Below, in pieces: positions 13,601 through 26,182 of a DNA stretch of 64,000 nucleotides; position 1 is the stretch's first letter; the number at the start of each line of letters is the position of its first letter. Made by a program: the position numbers and the translations under genes. Location of the stretch: contig OZ024742.1 in assembly GCA_964016885.1 (NCBI GenBank), forward strand, positions 283,774,001 through 283,838,000, given 5' to 3'. The notes beneath the pieces are model-generated. The model was not told where the DNA came from. It did not search any database and saw nothing but the letters and a program-made list of their open reading frames with translations. Source of the DNA: Eledone cirrhosa (Eukaryota).

Positions 13601-14918
13601 TTCTCACTCTTTTTTCCTATGGAAGATATCGGGTGAGTTCAGAGCTGGAAAGGGCTGGGCCATATTAAAAATGTCGAAGCCACGCCGTATGTCACTAAGG
13701 GCCCATACATAGATGATATAAAAATATGTTTACACTAAAAATACAGTAGATATAATGTTGGCAGTTGTATATCGTAAAAGTGAAGAGTGGTTGTCATTTA
13801 ATTTTTTTCTTGCATTTCCTTAGCTATTTATTTTTTATTTAACTATTAAATTGTTTTTTCGGTCTTTTTCAGCAACTTGTAAACAGATAAATTAAATTAT
13901 TTTTATTCTTACACAATCTCAACGTTTTTGACTTTTGGCATATAAATTTTGAAATTATCAACTGAGGAAAGTTAAATAAAACGTTTTTGCAGTTATTTTA
14001 GTTATTTCAGTTGTGAGAAATTAGAAAGGTTTTTTGGATACCATTTAAAAAATCCTTTCGCTACAAACTTTCTTGAGATTTTATCACTTGAAAGTGATAT
14101 CAATTTCAAAGTAAGATTAATACAAAAAGATACCAACCTTCACATTGCATCTACCACCGCCTTTGGGGAATACTTCTCATTTTCGTTTGTTTGCAATCTT
14201 CGAATGAATACTTATCGATTGAGCAAGGTCCTTATAGTCCAACCATAATGATAACAAGAGATGAGCTGAGCACAAACAATCCTGGACAGTGGCATCTTGA
14301 TGCTATTTGTTTGGCCATTTTATAAAACAGAATAACGCTGTGCCTAACTTAAACCCTCAATGCAGTCGTTATACAAGGGAGATAACTCTTGTTTACTGTT
14401 TGACTTACTATGATTAAATTAATGGGTTTTTGTTTTGTTTTTATTTCATAGCATCGCATACTAATTAAGTTTACGTGAAATTACTATTCATACTTTTAAA
14501 GCAATATATGCTCATTTTGAATTCGAATTGACTGTACTTGTGATTCCAGGAGTTGCCACAGACTCACGCCGAAAATTATGGTAAGAGTACACGTGTCTCT
14601 GGAATGCTCGGGCACTTATATGTATATTTCACTGATTGTATAATTTGAACACTTATCCACGCACACATATATTCTTAAAATATAGAATAAAACAACTGTA
14701 CGAGATTCGTACAGTTGTTTTTCCTTTCCTGTACAACTTCCTTTAGATCCGAATAAGGTGTAACAATTGTTCTCGGTATGGTGAATTAACTGTTGTGGAA
14801 CTACTTCTACCATGGACTGAGTGCTCTACTACTGCGGATATAACCCACCAATATTCTACTATTATATATATATATATATATAATATAGTTATGTAATAAA
14901 CAACATAAGGCAATTATT

Positions 14919-14974
14919 CCATTTACCAGTGGTTTCTTAAAAGCAAAAGATTTTGCTTTCAATCCTCAGAATGA
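14919..14974 (-). ncRNA. Type I hammerhead ribozyme (inverted pLTR of PLE-1)
   Basis: Minus strand: catt CTGAGGA ttgaaagcaaaa-tc-ttttgcttttaa GAAA cc-act-gg TA aatg. Canonical core with stems I-III. Confidence 0.8.
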
Positions 14975-16159
14975 GAAAAATCCTGGTCTGTTTATTGAAT
15001 TTGGATTTTAACAAAAATGCAATCTATATGAAAGTGAGGCTGGAGAAGGAAGAAGGAAAGGAAAAATAAAATAAAACTACACATGCAAACACGCACACTC
15101 ACACAAAAGCATACATACACACATATATATATATATATATACATATACATACACTCATACATACACACACACATATACACATATATATGTGTATATAAAT
15201 ACACACAAACACATACATATACATACGCACATAAATATCAACACATCCATACATACATATATACAACCACACACACATATACACACACGTGACCATCTCC
15301 ACTGAAAGTTTTCATGAAATAGTCTTTTAAGACTATACAGAGCATTTGATGTTATTCCAAATTGAAGGATAAGTGTTTCAAACTTTATTTTATCATGAGT
15401 TAAAGGTCTATAGATTTTTCCCTGGATTTTACTAAATTCTGTGGATGAATTTATATCCTGATTCTCTTTTGAGATGAGTTTGAGTTATTTTTCCTAAATC
15501 TTTCGTTAACTACTTTTCCCATCTTGACGTTATAGTCGCATATATGTTATAGAATGCCGTTAGCTTCTTGCTAAAACAATCTCTATACCTCTCATTTATA
15601 CATATACATATATATATATGTGTGTGTACAAGCATACACATACACAAACATAGCCATATACATATACATACATACATACATGCACACAATCCTACATATA
15701 TACACACGTACATACATACACATACATAAATGCACTCCTCTACATATTCACACACGCAAATAAATATAAGAAAAAAAATATATATATATATATATAAAAA
15801 ATTTTTTGACAGCGATACAAACTGCAGGTAACTGGACAGACACGCGTGGTAAGTAATACACACAAATGCACGTATACATACGTACGAAATAGTAAATACA
15901 TACACACACTCGCACATAAATATACAAATACATAAACACATACATACACATACACAAATACATGCACAAACACGCACACGTATACAATTATACACACACA
16001 TATGTATATGTAATTATGTACATATATATATATATATACAGAAATATAAAAATACACGCACACATATGTATACATACACACACACATATACATATACATA
16101 CATAGCCATACAAATACGTACATATCATAAACACGCACAACCAAATACACACACACACG

Positions 16160-16197
<38 letters not shown>

Positions 16198-16350
16198 CAC
16201 ATACATACACATATACATGTGTGTGTGTATAAAACTCAGTCTTAGATAATTCATATGAACCTTACATATATATAGTAGTAAGGTAATAAAGCAATAAGCA
16301 ACATAAAGCAATTATTCCATTCACCAATGGTTTCTTAAAAGCAAAAAATT

Positions 16351-16799
16351 TTGTGTGACTTAGTAGGATTATTCCTTCTCCACACCCTCAAAGAGAAATT
16401 TCCGTCCCATAATATCAGTTTATACCGTGATGACGGATTAGCAGTTTCTCATACCACCAACGGCCATAACCTTGATAAATTCCGTAAAGATTTAATCAAT
16501 ACTTTTGCTAATCTTAACCTTAAAATCACTATAGATACGAACCTTACTAATGCTAACTTTCTTGATATTAATCTTGATCTACTTACCGCCTCTTTTAAAC
16601 CCTATCATAAACCTAATGAAAACCTTAGGTATATACACAAAGAGTCTTGCCATCCCCCTATGGTTTTTAATAATCTTATTCCTAACATTAGCCGTAGGAT
16701 TTCTACCTTATCTTCGTCTATAGACATTTTTAATAAAGCCGCCCCTTATTATAATAAAGCCCTTAAGAACAGCGGTTTTACAGAAAAAATTTCTTATTT

Positions 16800-16843
<44 letters not shown>

Positions 16844-17549
16844 AAAAACTAACCACAATAACAGGAAAAGGAAGATTATTTGGTTCACACCTCCCTTCTC
16901 TCTAACTGTCAAAACTAATGTAGGCAGGAAATTCCTTGAACTCTTAGACAAACATTTTCCTCCTAATCAGAGATATTATAAGATATTTAATAGGAACGTA
17001 GTTAAGATCAGCTACTCTTGTTGCCCATCTATGAAGTTCAAAATCACCAGTTCAAACCATACGAGAATAAATCCAGGATGCAGTTGCAGGAAGCCGGATG
17101 AATGCCCATTGCAGGGTAAATGTAACACCAAATCTGTTGTTTATGAGGCTAAGATAACACCGGTAATCAACAACCAGCCAGCCAGGAGTGAGCGATATGT
17201 CGGTATGACCAAGGACAGGTTTAAAACCAGATTTTACTCACATGTCGCTTCTTTTAAGCACTCCGATAAACGAACATCGACGGCCCTCGCAAGTAAGGTG
17301 TGGGAACTCAAGGATAGTAACATCCCGTACTCTATTGATTGGTCTATATTAGACCATTCGAGGGAGTACCAAAGAGGCACAAAGAATTGTTCTTTGTGTA
17401 CCACAGAAAAGTATAGGATTTTGCTAAACTTGAGAGCCACTTCCGCCTGCCTTAACTCAAAGACTGAGATCTTCAGATGCTGTCCTCATCTGAAATCACA
17501 TCTGATCTGTAACTGGATTGACACTCCTATGATAAATCAACCGCCTTGA
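16351..17549 (+). pseudogene. PLE-1 RT/GIY-YIG ORF, 5'-truncated and frameshifted at a poly-C/poly-A run (16801-16848)
   Basis: CDLVGL..SLYRDDGL..NFLDINLDL..YHKP..SCHPP (PLE RT/thumb); CSCRKPDECPLQGKC linker; SVVYEA...RYVGMT..FKTRFYSH (GIY-YIG); CSLC..EK..I, C.H terminus. Confidence 0.9.
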
Positions 17550-17793
17550 ACTCCTTTCCTGCTCTTTACTTCTGCTACGGTTTTTATTTTGCTGAATCTA
17601 CGTTCTGTACTCTTGTGTATATATATTTTTTTCTCCCTTACCTCACCTTATATTTCACCTTTTCCTATGCCCCCCCCCCCCCCATATATTCTTTTTGCCT
17701 TGCCCTTCACATACCTATGTGTATGTGTATGTATATTTGTATGTGTATGTATATTTGCATGTGTATATATATATATATGTGTATATATATATA

Positions 17794-17824
<31 letters not shown>

Positions 17825-18497
17825 GTGTATATATATATATATATATATTTGTGTGTGTATATGTATGTGTGTATGTAATTATATATGTGTGTGTGTGTAT
17901 TTTTATATTTATGTATATATATATATATATATGTATGTGTACATAATTACATATACATGTGTGTGTATAATTGTATACGTGTGCGCGTTTGTGCATGTAT
18001 TTGTGTATGTGTATGTATGTGTTTATGTATTTGTATATGTATATTTATGTGCGAGTGTGTGTGTATGTATTTACTATTTCGTACGTATGTATACGTGCAT
18101 TTGTGTGTATTACTTACCACGTGTCTGTCCAGTTACCTGCAGTTTGTATCGCTGTCAAAAATTTTTTTTTTATATATATATATATATTTTTTTTCTTATA
18201 TTTATTTGCGTGTGTGAATATGTAGAGGAGTGCATTTATGTATGTGTATGTATGTAAGTGTGTATATATGTATGATTGTGTGCATGTATGTATGTATGTA
18301 TATGTATGTGTGTATGGCTATGTTTGTGTATGTGTATGCTTGTACACACACATATATATATATGTATATGTAGGAGGTGAGTTTTATTGTAGTACAATAA
18401 AGCAATGCAGATATCGGATAAGAAGCACTCTACAATTTGTAGGACTGGAGTATACATAATATATAAGATCAAAAGATGGTTAAAGGAGTTCCATGTA

Positions 18498-18564
18498 TTT
18501 TATTATGCACATTTCAAAAACAAACATCATCATGCAATAATATTTGTGTTTTCATCAGATAAAA
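18498..18564 (-). ncRNA. Minimal type I hammerhead ribozyme
   Basis: Minus strand: ttttat CTGATGA aaacacaaa...tttgttttt GAAA tgtgca TA ataaaa. Confidence 0.75.
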
Positions 18565-18694
18565 CAGGAGGACATGATATGGATATGAAGGCTAAAAAAC
18601 ACTTGTGGATAGTGCAGTTTTAAATCAACATATATGTTGATTTAAAACTGCACTATCCACAAGTGTTTTTTAGCCTTCATATCATGTCCTCCTG

Positions 18695-18761
18695 TTTTAT
18701 CTGATGAAAACACAAATATTATTGCATGATGATGTTTGTTTTTGAAATGCGCATAATAAAA
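18695..18761 (+). ncRNA. Minimal type I hammerhead ribozyme with palindromic stem III/loop (TGCGCA)
   Basis: ttttat CTGATGA(18701-07) aaacacaaatattattgcatgatgatgtttgttttt GAAA(18744-47) tgcgca TA ataaaa; stem I ttttat/ataaaa. Confidence 0.8.
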
Positions 18762-19223
18762 TACATGGAACTCCTTTAACCATCTTTTGATCTTATATAT
18801 ATGTATATATATATGTATGTAAATGTGTGTATGTATATGTATTTATATTTATGTTTCTATGTGTGTATATATGTGTGTGTGGTTGTATATATGTATGTGT
18901 ATGTATGGATGTGTTGATATTTATGTGCGTATGTATATATGTGTATATGTATGTGTTTGTGTGTATTTATATACACATGTGTGTATATGTTTGTGTGTGT
19001 GTATGTATGAGTGTATGTATATGTATATATATATGTATATATATATATATATGTGTGTGTGTATGTATGCTTTTGTGTGTGAGTGTGCGTCTTTTTGTGT
19101 GTGTGTGTTTGCATGTGTAGTTTTATTTTATTTTTCCTTTCCTTCTTCCTTCTCCAGCCTCACTTTCATATAGATTGAATTTTTGTTTGTAAAATCCAAA
19201 TTCAATAAACAGACCAGGATTTT

Positions 19224-19281
19224 TTTATTCTGAGGATTGAAAGCAAAATCTTTTGCTTTTAAGAAACCACTGGTAAATGGA
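19224..19281 (+). ncRNA. Type I hammerhead ribozyme in the 3' pLTR of PLE-1
   Basis: tttatt CTGAGGA(19230-36) ttgaaagcaaaa tc ttttgcttttaa GAAA(19263-66) ccactgg TA aatgga. Confidence 0.8.
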
Positions 19282-19411
19282 ATAATTGCCTTATGTTGTT
19301 TATTACATAACTATTAAGCTCTGTTACCTACATAGAGCACTCTTTTTTCCTGGACTTTTCCGACGGAATTACTTCATTCACACATATATATAATATATAT
19401 ATATATAATAT

Positions 19412-19456
<45 letters not shown>

Positions 19457-19560
19457 AGCAAGATGTATGGTAGGTCGTATGTGAATCGCGATGATCACGT
19501 CTGACCTACCAAATATGCGACGGTAGCTAGTTAAGCTCTATGCGTATAAGCAGAGCAGAA

Positions 19561-20235
19561 ATATTAATGAAAAAGAACAAAGGAACTATTATGACATTAT
19601 AACAAGTTTATTGGCGACAGCCGTTTCGTCCGACCATATGGTGGGTCTTTTCAAGGCATATAACATGTGATTGTAAGTTCATTATTTACATCAACGTATC
19701 ACTCAAGACTAGCAGTTTGAAATTGTGGTATACATCAGCAGTTCCGCTTGTATATTTGGGGTCTATATTCTAAGGGGGCTCTTTTATATTAGTTGTCGGA
19801 ATTGTAAAAGGGATGGGTTATGGGGAGTTAAGAGAATTTGAAAAGGGCCTAAGAGTCAGGGATTGAAGGTTAAAAATTAGATAATTTATAATTTACGCAT
19901 TAATTTTTAACCTTCAATCCCTGACTCTTAGGCCCTTTTCAAATTCTCTTAACTCCCCATAACCCATCCCTTTTACAATTCCGACAACTAATATAAAAGA
20001 GCCCCCTTAGAATATAGACCCCAAATATACAAGCGGGGCTGCTGATGTATACCACAATTTCAAACTGCTAGTCTTGAGTGATACGTTGATGTAAATAATG
20101 AACTTACAATCACCTGTTATATGCCTTGAAAAGACCCACCATATGGTCGGACGAAACGGCTGTCGGCAATAAACTTGTTATAATGTCATCTTGTTATAAT
20201 GTCATAATAGTTCCTTTGTTCTTTTTCATTAATAT
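19561..20235. repeat. Fold-back inverted repeat (arms of about 320 bp, spacer of about 20 nt) carrying two opposed hammerhead variants
   Basis: 19561-19879 is the reverse complement of about 19901-20235 (for example gggcctaagagtcagggattgaaggttaaaaatta / taatttttaaccttcaatccctgactcttaggccc). The right arm has a short internal duplication. Confidence 0.92.
20122..20168 (+). ncRNA. Hammerhead ribozyme variant with a U3-A8 core (mirror copy at 19612-19658, minus strand)
   Basis: tgcc TTGAAAA gacccaccatatggtcggac GAAA c-ggct-g TC ggca: stem I tgcc/ggca, GUC cleavage triplet. Confidence 0.7.
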
Positions 20236-20336
20236 ATTATATATAAATATATTATATATATATATATTATATATATATATATTATATATATATATTATTA
20301 TATATATATATATATATATATGATATATATATATAT

Positions 20337-20395
<59 letters not shown>

Positions 20396-20433
20396 CTATT
20401 ATATATATTATATATATATATATATTATATATA

Positions 20434-20527
<94 letters not shown>

Positions 20528-20529
20528 AT

Positions 20530-20582
<53 letters not shown>

Positions 20583-20694
20583 ATATATTATATATATATA
20601 TATATATTATATATATTATATATATATATATATATTATATATATATATATATTATATATATAATATATATGTATATATATATATATTATATATA

Positions 20695-20750
<56 letters not shown>

Positions 20751-20762
20751 ATATTATATATA

Positions 20763-20815
<53 letters not shown>

Positions 20816-20876
20816 ATATTATATATATATATATTATATATATATATATATATTATATATATATATTATATATATA

Positions 20877-20952
<76 letters not shown>

Positions 20953-20958
20953 ATATAT

Positions 20959-20992
<34 letters not shown>

Positions 20993-21024
20993 ATATTATA
21001 TATATATTATATATATATATATAT

Positions 21025-21056
<32 letters not shown>

Positions 21057-21195
21057 ATATTATATATATATATATTATATATTATATATATATATATATT
21101 ATATATATATATTATATATATATATTATATATATATATTATATATATATATTATATATATATATATTATATATATTATAATATATATATATTATA

Positions 21196-21239
<44 letters not shown>

Positions 21240-22120
21240 ATATATATAATATTATATATATATATTATATATATATATTATATATATATATTATATATAT
21301 ATATATTATATATATATATATTATATATATATATATTATATATATTATATATATTATATATATATATATTATATATATATATTATATATATATATATATT
21401 ATATATATTATATATATATATATTATATATTATATATATATATATTATATATATATATATTATATATATATATATTATATATATATATATTATATATATA
21501 TATATATATATATTATATATTATATATATTATATATTATATATATATATATTATATATATATATATTATATATTATATATATTATATATATATATATTAT
21601 ATATATATATATTATATATATATATTATATATATATATATATATATATTATATATTATATATATTATATATTATATATATATATTATATTTATATATATA
21701 TATATTATATATTATATATATTATATATATATATTATATATTATATTATATATTATATATATATATATTATATATATATATATTATATATTATATATATA
21801 TATATTATATATTATATATATATATATTATATATATATATATTATATATATATATATATATATTATATATTATATATATTATATATTATATATATATATA
21901 TTATATATATATATATTATATATATATATATTATATATTATATATATTATATATATATATATTATATATATATATATTATATATTATAATATATATATAT
22001 TATATATATATATATTATATATATATATATTATATATTATATATATATATATTATATTATATATATATATTATATATATATATATTATATATATTATATA
22101 TATATAATATATATATATAT
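20232..22120. repeat. Interrupted (TA)n tract of about 1.9 kb
   Basis: Almost entirely A/T, with TT or AA interruptions every 5-25 nt. A second tract of about 400 bp lies at 23595-24010. Confidence 0.95.
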
Positions 22121-22793
22121 AGAGATTACAGTAATCAAAGTTCAGTTTAAGTCATTTATTTGCTTACAATTGTTTCCTCCAAACCGAGGTTTGGATTCTT
22201 CGGAGCAACTATTTATAACATACTTGACCTCCTTTTCAACCCAAGAGACACATAAAACATATGTGCATATTGATCAACAGTGGGGTGACATTCATCAAAT
22301 GAAACAGCATGGCAATTTACATATAAAGTGTTACATGATAAAAATAAAAATAAAAATAAAATAAAATAAAATAAAATAAAATAAAAGCAAGAGTGAAAAT
22401 AAAGATAAACATGAAGCGTTGGCAGTCTATGAAGATAAAGCAAGAGGAAAGCTTTCCTCTTGCTTTATCTTCATAGACTGCCAACGCTTCATGTTTATCT
22501 TTATTTTCACTCTTGCTTTTATTTTATTTTATTTTATTTTATTTTATTTTATTTTATTTTATTTTTATTTTTATCATGTAACACTTTATATGTAAATTGC
22601 CATGCTGTTTCATTTGATGAATGTCACCCCACTGTTGATCAATATGCGCATATGTTTTATGTGTCTCTTGGGTTGAAAAGGAGGTCAAGTATGTTATAAA
22701 TAGTTGCTCCGAAGAATCCAAACCTCGGTTTGGAGGAAACAATTGTAAGCAAATAAATGACTTAAACTGAACTTTGATTACTGTAATCTCTAT
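22120..22793. repeat. Near-perfect spacerless palindrome (arms of about 335 bp) with two opposed hammerhead variants
   Basis: Centre caagaggaaag|ctttcctcttg at 22451/22452. The arms end agagattacagtaatcaaag / ctttgattactgtaatctct and differ mainly in (ATAAA)n length. Confidence 0.95.
22704..22752 (+). ncRNA. Hammerhead ribozyme variant (U4C) with palindromic stem III CAATTG (mirror copy at 22160-22208, minus strand)
   Basis: ttgct CCGAAGA a-tccaaacc-tc-ggtttgga-g GAAA caattg TA agcaa. Confidence 0.72.
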
Positions 22794-22977
22794 ATAACTG
22801 CTCTGTATAACAACTGATGTTATTACATTGAGCTATTTAACTTACTGGTAATAGGATAGTAATTAAAGACTATCTCTCACTATTTAGGGTTTGTGTATAT
22901 ATAATATATTACCATCAAAGGTTTTATTGCATACATAACCATAAATAGTACCCTTAATACTATATATATATATATAA

Positions 22978-23439
22978 CCAAGCGAATACCCTCCAGGCAT
23001 CTACCATACTCTGAACGCCTTGCTTCCCTGGGCATGGATTCATTGAAGCTCCCACGCCTGGCAACTGACTTGGTAAACACCCACAAAATTGTTAACCATG
23101 TTGCCAACAACAACCCTGAGTACCTTTTTGATTTCCATGTGTTTAACACACGTGGACATGCCCACAAAGTAAGAAAACAGCACAGTTCCCATGACTTTCG
23201 GAAACATTTTTTCACGCTCAGAGTTGCTGAAGCATGGAACAAACTACCTGCATCGGTTGTTAGCTGTCGAGACACTGCATCCTTTAAGGCCTCCATGCTT
23301 CCCGAGATCCGCCAACACTACAGCTAACACATACACACATGTACTTCCCTGACATTTGTGTATTATTCTATGTACTATACATACACCTTTGACGAGTTGT
23401 AGTGCACCTGAGCACTTTACACAATAATTTCATTATTAT

Positions 23440-23473
<34 letters not shown>

Positions 23474-23595
23474 ATATATATATATAATAGTAGTTCATTT
23501 TCCTGATGTTTGTACATTACCCTATGTACTATACATACACTTTTTGATGAGTTGTAGTGCACCTGAGCACTGTACACAATATTTCATTATTATTT
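22978..23595 (+). mobile_element. CR1-clade LINE 3' end with a tandemly duplicated 3' UTR and (ATT)n tail
   Basis: Frame ...YSERLASLGMDSL...NTRGHAHKVRKQHSSHDFRKHFFTLRVAEAWNKLP (typical CR1 C-terminus). The UTR gagttgtagtgcacctgagcact...aatttcattattat occurs twice, and again at 39625-39715. Confidence 0.85.
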
Positions 23596-23738
23596 TATAT
23601 AATATATATATATATATATAATATAAAGATATTATATATATATATAATATATATATATATAATATAAAGATATTATATATATATATAATATATATATATA
23701 TATATAATACATATATATAATATATATATATATATAAT

Positions 23739-23787
<49 letters not shown>

Positions 23788-23855
23788 TAATATATATATA
23801 TATATAATATATATATATATATTATATATAATATATATATATATATAATATATAT

Positions 23856-23887
<32 letters not shown>

Positions 23888-24065
23888 ATATATATATATA
23901 TAATATATATATATATATAATATATATATATATATATAATATATATATATATATATAATATATATATATATAATATAAAGATATTATATATAATATATAT
24001 ATATATATAAGCCTTCTCAGAAGGCTTAGATGGATAGCTTTTTTCCACGACCAGCGCCAAAAAGG

Positions 24066-24139
<74 letters not shown>

Positions 24140-24143
<4 letters not shown>

Positions 24144-25640
24144 AAAGGCATTGTGGTAAGGAACCAGATGGACCACAACGCACCAGAGTACTCAATACTT
24201 AGGGTAGTAGAGTAGGAAATAGGAAAAAGTATGACCCCGACGGCAGAGCTCAAGCCGTTTCGACCACAACATAATCAACAAAAACACCATCAAACTTTCC
24301 TACAGCACCACACCTAACTTCGCACAAAACATCGTCTCCTCAAACAACAAAAAACTCAACCCCTATGGAAGAAATAACCTAGACATCAGTAGAGAGCCGA
24401 CCAGGAGGTGTAACTGCCCTGATAGATCTATGTGGTCCCTCAACAACAAATGCCCTGAACGTAATGTGATCTACCTGAGCAACGTGAGGATGGACACCTC
24501 CAACAAAGCTTATATAGGATTAACCGCGTGTGACTTCAAGACCCGGCTCTACCAACACCGACATACTTCCGAAACCCGGTCCGGCGACATGCCACTACAA
24601 TTCCGGGCCACATCTGGGACCTCCAAGATAATAATATAACCTACAATCTCACTTGGAGCTTACTGTCCAAAGCTAACTCTTACATGGGAGTTCGCCGTCC
24701 GTGTAACTTATGCTCGGAGGAAACATTACAAATGCTGTTTTCGAAGGACCAACTCCTAAACAAGAAAGAGGAACTGGTAACCGCATGCAAATACAGATTG
24801 CGTAGGACTTACCTCGCCCTCAAACCCCATAACGACCCGGGTGGGTAGACAAGGGCTGATACACCCTACTTGCCGAATAAGTTAGGGGAAACCCCAGCTT
24901 ACTTAGGTAGATGTATCTCTTTTCTTTTCTTTTCCTCTTTGTCTTCTTCTTCCCCCTGTCTCATCCTATCACTTCCTTCCACCCCCTACTTTCTTCCTCG
25001 TCTGCTTTTCCCCTTCGCCTACCTCGATGCAGCCCATCGGGCCTCTGTAGCATCAGTTCCCCAACCCCCGTAATCTTAAGATAGAATTGACCGAATACGT
25101 TTTACTAACTACTTATAGCAAACGTGTTAAACCCCTTTAATTCTGTATCAGTTCTGGTACTACTCAATTCCTACAAGTTTTTTCTATTCTCAACTTATTA
25201 ACCTGTAATTGTAAGATAGCATTGTGATTTTTTTAATTCATTTCTCACTATCTAATTTTATATATTTTTTTATTTATTATCTTTTATTGTCTCCTATTCT
25301 CATTCGATTTACCTATTCTATAACCTCCCTCCTCCACTTCATACTCTTTCCTCAGAATCTGCTGTATACATATCACTTTCAACGCTTGTCCGTTCCTGTC
25401 ACTCCCCTATTGTTTTACAGGCAAGTTCAGCCACCCCTACCTCCCACCAAATGCCATGATAGACTTATTTGTGTTTACAACAAATTTTAACCAATGCTCT
25501 TGACAACTACAATCTTCCCATATAAGGAAGTACCCCCTTGAAAAGTTCGGCTATTTATTCACCAGGCTAAAAATCTAATTTAGTCCAGAAATAGCCGTCG
25601 AAACGGCTTGAGCTCTGCCGCCGGCGTCATACTTTTCCCT
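24140..25640 (+). mobile_element. Penelope-like element PLE-4 remnant: inverted 5' pLTR piece, decayed GIY-YIG region and pLTR
   Basis: 24280-24850 reads TIKLSYSTTPN...RRCNCPDRS..LNNKC..NVIY...AYIGLT..FKTRLYQH. 24225-24264 is the reverse complement of 25597-25637. Confidence 0.8.
25533..25626 (+). ncRNA. Hammerhead variant (U3-A8) with long stem II and a full stem III; cleavage triplet mutated in this copy
   Basis: cccc TTGAAAA gttcggctattt...aaatagccgtc GAAA cggc-ttgagctct-gccg CC ggcg. The inverted copy at 24234-24264 retains gccg TC gggg. Related partial copies lie at 26085-26125 and 27014-27092 (minus strand). Confidence 0.65.
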
Positions 25641-26154
25641 ATATATATATATATATATATATAGTTAGGGAAGCAGGAAATTACTTATTGTGATCCAGTT
25701 CGTGGTTATCATTGAGTGGCTGCTATTTGCAGTATAGCAATATAAGGTTGCACTTACAACAAGGGAGACAACCGCGAAGAAAATCGATGTTAAAGGACTA
25801 TAGGAAAATCTGCTTCGTAGAATCGAGATATATCTGACGACCGTGTTGATTTGAGAGTCAGGTGTGATCACCATATCGATCGTGCCTCGAGCTAGTCGCC
25901 CGAAAAACATTTGTAATATGTCCAATAAATTCCTTTCGTCGCAACACTGATTCTCTTTTTTCTGTGATATATATATATATATGAATCAGGATAGAACCAG
26001 TTTGAAATTAATTAGACCATTACTCAACAGACTACTCGATACTTAGGGCAGTAAAGTATGGCTATATTATAAAGGGCCGAGGCCCGACGGCTGAGCTCTT
26101 GCCATTTCAACAGCTAATTCCCGACTCTTTATTATATATATATATATGTGTATA

Positions 26155-26182
26155 CTAGCTGAGTAGCCCGTCGTTGCCGGGC
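26155..26182 (-). mobile_element. Helitron-type 3' terminus (GC hairpin then CTAG followed by T)
   Basis: Minus strand reads gcccg-gcaacga-cgggc tactcag CTAG|T. The element body probably extends rightward toward about 26760, but the 5' TC end was not located. Confidence 0.55.

Larger units (their letters stand above)
18461..18798. repeat. Near-perfect spacerless palindrome (arms of about 170 bp) carrying two opposed hammerheads
   Basis: Centre ...gttttaaatcaacata|tatgttgatttaaaac at about 18632. The arms match out to atataagatcaaaag / cttttgatcttatat. Confidence 0.92.
14885..19380 (+). mobile_element. Penelope-like element PLE-1 (5'-truncated RT and GIY-YIG) flanked by long inverted pseudo-LTRs
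   Basis: Coding core 16351-17549. 15590-16230 is the reverse complement of about 17715-18365, and 14885-15288 is the reverse complement of about 18855-19315. Hammerhead motifs occur in both pLTR copies. Flanked by (TA)n. Confidence 0.88.

Noticed and set aside
16801-16848. Poly-Pro/poly-Lys segment or programmed frameshift in PLE-1
   Set aside because: The related PLE-3 has ordinary sequence here (YIPNYTNSIKNKNRKRK). Homopolymer expansion or sequencing error is more likely.
14885-19315. DNA transposon with long terminal inverted repeats
   Set aside because: The enclosed ORF is PLE RT/GIY-YIG, and the repeats are copies of its hammerhead-bearing pLTR, not transposase-type ends.
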